Shown here one piece after another: positions 61,715-64,000 of a DNA stretch of 64,000 bases. Position 1 is the stretch's first letter. Each line of letters opens with the position of its first letter. Source of the stretch: Bacteroidales bacterium (GTDB lineage Bacteria > Bacteroidota > Bacteroidia > Bacteroidales > UBA10428); contig JAFGEO010000118.1 in NCBI GenBank assembly GCA_016931575.1, positions 143,457 to 207,456 of the forward strand, in the 5' to 3' direction. The notes under the pieces are model-generated. The model was not told where the DNA came from. It saw only the letters and a list, made by a program, of their open reading frames with translations, and did not search any database. Position numbers and translations under genes: made by a program.

Positions 61715-64000
61715 ATGAATTACAAAAGACAATTTATTTCTTTTTTGCTTGCTACATTTATTGTATCACTTATTGCAGCTCAGGAATTCGATGCCGGAAA
61801 GAAATTACCGGTTGATGAGCATGTAAAGATCGGTAAGCTGGAGAACGGATTTACCTATTATATCCGGCAAAACCAGAAACCGGAAAGACGGGTTGAAATG
61901 CGCCTGGTCGTAAATGCCGGATCAAGCTTTGAGGATGATGATCAGCAGGGATTGGCACATTTCATAGAGCACATGGCTTTTAACGGGTCCACGCACTTTG
62001 AGAAGAACGAATTAAAGAACTACCTTGAATCGATCGGGATTCGTTTTGGACCTGAGCTGAACGCCTACACTTCGTTTGATGAAACAGTGTATATGCTGAC
62101 CATTCCCTCCGACTCAATGGAACTGCTTGAGAAAGGATTCCTGGTAATGGAAGACTGGGCGCATGGTCTTACCCTGACTGATGAAGAGATTGATAAAGAA
62201 CGGGGGGTGATTATAGAAGAATGGCGAATCGGACAGGGATGGGCGCAGCGTATGAGGGATAAGTTCTGGCCGCTGCTTTTTGCCGGTTCCAGGTATGAAG
62301 TCCGACTACCAATCGGCAAGAAAGAGATCATTGAGGGCTGTAGCTACGAAACCCTCCGCAGATTTTACCACGATTGGTATCGCCCGGGCCTCATGGCTTT
62401 GATTGTTGTTGGAGATATAGATCCCGGGTTTGCCGAACAGAAGATAATCAGTCACTTCGAAGGATTAAGTGATCCCGAAAATCCAAGGCCCTGGAAAAGT
62501 TATGATATCCCGGACCAGGAAGGAACTTCTGCCATGACAATTACTGACCCTGAAGCTCCCTACAACATAGTTCGTGTCATCATCAAGGATGATGTAATGG
62601 AAAGCAAGACCTATGGGGATTACCTTGAAGCTCTTAAATTCCGTTTTGTTACAGGTATACTGAACCGCCGGTTGATGGAGTTGACCGAAAAAGAAAATCC
62701 GCCCTTTATTGCCTCAAGCTTCTATTATGGGGGCCTGGCCGCCAGGACCAAGAACGCTCTTCAGGGATATGTCCTGGCTGCAGAAGGCAGTATCGAAAAA
62801 GCTATGGGAGCATTGCTCACCGAGCTCCAGCGGGTTGATCTGTATGGTTTCACTGATCAGGAATTTGAGCGCTACAAACTTGAAGTGTTGAAGCTTTATG
62901 AAAATTTGTATAACGAGCGTGATAAGACTGAATCCTCTGATTTTGTTGAAGAATACACACGTAATTTTCTTGAGGATGAAACAATTCCCGGAATCGATTT
63001 TGAATACATGTTTGTTAAGGAAAACCTTAACAGGATTCAGCTTTCTGAAATCAATACCCTGGCACAGGAGCTAATCTCGGATGAGAATAGGGCTATTATC
63101 GTCCAGGCTCCTGAAAAGGAAGGAGTGGCCCTGCCAGATGAACAACAAATCCTGGCTCTGGCAAAAGCTGTAGAATCAGAAAAAATCGAACCTTACCTGG
63201 AAGATAAAGTGGCAGACCAATTAATGCTGACAAAACCAAAAGCAGGAAAAATTAAAAAAGAGAAACAACTGAAGTCTATCGAAGCAACGGAACTGATACT
63301 TTCGAATGGTGCCCGGGTTATTCTGAAGCCTACAGATTATAAGAATGATGAAGTGTTACTGACCGCCTTTAGCATGGGAGGACACTCACAATATTCTGAT
63401 GACGATCACTTTTCAGCTATAAATGCCGATGGTATTGTGCAGGAATCCGGCTCAGGAGGCTTTTCAAAGTCAGATATCTCAAAGATACTGGCAGGAAAAT
63501 CCGTTTACGTAGCCCCTGCGATTACCTATAACAGTGAAATAATGTCTGCACAGGCCAAGTCCTCAGATCTTGAGAGTATGTTCCAGCTTATGTACCTGTA
63601 TTTTACAGATCCACGGATAGACCAGTCTGCATTTAATTCCTATATGCAAAAGAAACGGGATCTGTTTGAGAATCTGTCCAAGGAACCCCAGAATTATTTT
63701 TACGATAAGTTCTATCGAATACTATCTCAGGATCATCCACGCGGAGATTACCTGCCTCTGTCCGAAGATTGGGATAAAGTTGATTTTCAACGGGCAATGG
63801 AGATTTATAAGGACAGGTTTGCAGATGCAGGAAATTTCACCTTCGTTATGGTTGGTGCCTTTGATGTCGAAACTGTCAGGCCTTTACTGGAAACTTATGT
63901 TGCCAGTCTGCCGACCCTGGATAGGAAAGAGGCCCCTGTAGACCTGGGAATGCGTCCTCCCTACGAGAGCAAAGTTGAGAAGATCTATAAAGGCAATGAT
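61715..64000 (+). CDS. M16-family (pitrilysin/insulinase-like) zinc peptidase; C-terminus lies outside the window
   Basis: Hand translation from ATG 61715: MNYKRQFISFLLATFIVSLIAAQ... with the inverted zinc motif GLAHFIEHMAFNGS and downstream ELNAYTSFDETVY. The frame is open through 64000. It is not in the ORF track because it has no stop. Confidence 0.85.
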   Translation, partial: MNYKRQFISFLLATFIVSLIAAQEFDAGKKLPVDEHVKIGKLENGFTYYIRQNQKPERRVEMRLVVNAGSSFEDDDQQGLAHFIEHMAFNGSTHFEKNELKNYLESIGIRFGPELNAYTSFDETVYMLTIPSDSMELLEKGFLVMEDWAHGLTLTDEEIDKERGVIIEEWRIGQGWAQRMRDKFWPLLFAGSRYEVRLPIGKKEIIEGCSYETLRRFYHDWYRPGLMALIVVGDIDPGFAEQKIISHFEGLSDPENPRPWKSYDIPDQEGTSAMTITDPEAPYNIVRVIIKDDVMESKTYGDYLEALKFRFVTGILNRRLMELTEKENPPFIASSFYYGGLAARTKNALQGYVLAAEGSIEKAMGALLTELQRVDLYGFTDQEFERYKLEVLKLYENLYNERDKTESSDFVEEYTRNFLEDETIPGIDFEYMFVKENLNRIQLSEINTLAQELISDENRAIIVQAPEKEGVALPDEQQILALAKAVESEKIEPYLEDKVADQLMLTKPKAGKIKKEKQLKSIEATELILSNGARVILKPTDYKNDEVLLTAFSMGGHSQYSDDDHFSAINADGIVQESGSGGFSKSDISKILAGKSVYVAPAITYNSEIMSAQAKSSDLESMFQLMYLYFTDPRIDQSAFNSYMQKKRDLFENLSKEPQNYFYDKFYRILSQDHPRGDYLPLSEDWDKVDFQRAMEIYKDRFADAGNFTFVMVGAFDVETVRPLLETYVASLPTLDRKEAPVDLGMRPPYESKVEKIYKGND

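Noticed and set aside
1-64000. tRNA, rRNA, tmRNA, RNase P and known riboswitch sequences in the intergenic regions (notably 4051-4409, 24661-25603, 37184-37547, 40260-40896 and 56120-56346).
   Set aside because: I could not recognise any cloverleaf-like acceptor/T-arm pattern or conserved riboswitch core by eye. This is a weak negative and needs tRNAscan and Rfam confirmation.

Overview
This looks like a chromosomal segment from a Bacteroidota-type genome. The pointers are a T9SS-type C-terminal sorting domain, TAnnTTTG -7 promoter boxes, lipobox lipoproteins and two Fibrobacter-succinogenes-major-type paralogous domains. I support about 52 protein-coding genes. I recognised no rRNA, tRNA, CRISPR array, transposase or integrase. 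All functional calls come from reading motifs by eye in the supplied translations; no searches were run.

Layout:
- 0.4-12.6 kb: housekeeping genes (Fpg/Nei-like glycosylase, VOC, DEAD-box helicase, HAD, KdsA, secreted CotH-family protein, RarA, SDR, thioesterase, RelA-type RSH).
- 13.2-17.3 kb: a tight minus-strand operon of OM-barrel-like protein, exported arylsulfate-sulfotransferase-like lipoprotein, type III PKS and PAPS-type sulfotransferase. This is my top candidate for an undescribed system: a polyketide-mediated sulfate relay resembling Cpz6/Cpz8/Cpz4 but stand-alone and aimed at the envelope.
- 17.5-21.5 kb: MORN protein, FAD oxidoreductase, TPR histidine kinase.
- 21.7-25.2 kb: DnaE2-type error-prone polymerase preceded by a 57-aa ORF. 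A 13-nt tandem repeat lies over its start, and palindromic GATTATA-N-TATAATC boxes lie upstream.
- 25.5-38.8 kb: a LacI-controlled hexuronate/KDG cluster (uxuB, uxuA, LarA-like, gnd, exuT, kduI, kduD, uxaC, kdgK, uxaE).
- 38.8-40.3 kb: SPFH protein plus a Cys-rich membrane protein.
- 40.9-43.0 kb: Pol IV (dinB) divergent from a CI-type HTH/S24 (non-canonical LexA-like) repressor. The intergenic region carries the same 16-mer box seen at 25.2 kb.
- 43.2-48.2 kb: FHA / PP2C / Ser-Thr kinase operon. The kinase has an extracytoplasmic PEGA + Fib_succ sensor.
- 48.4-56.8 kb: PLP sulfhydrylase, Eda, a hypothetical protein, beta-carbonic anhydrase, a B12-radical-SAM gene coupled to an MMPL/RND transporter, and NUDIX.
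- 56.9-60.6 kb: operon of membrane Ig-like protein, secreted caspase-like peptidase and Fib_succ lipoprotein.
- 60.9-64.0 kb: mini J-domain protein, a small hypothetical protein, and an M16 peptidase that runs off the window.
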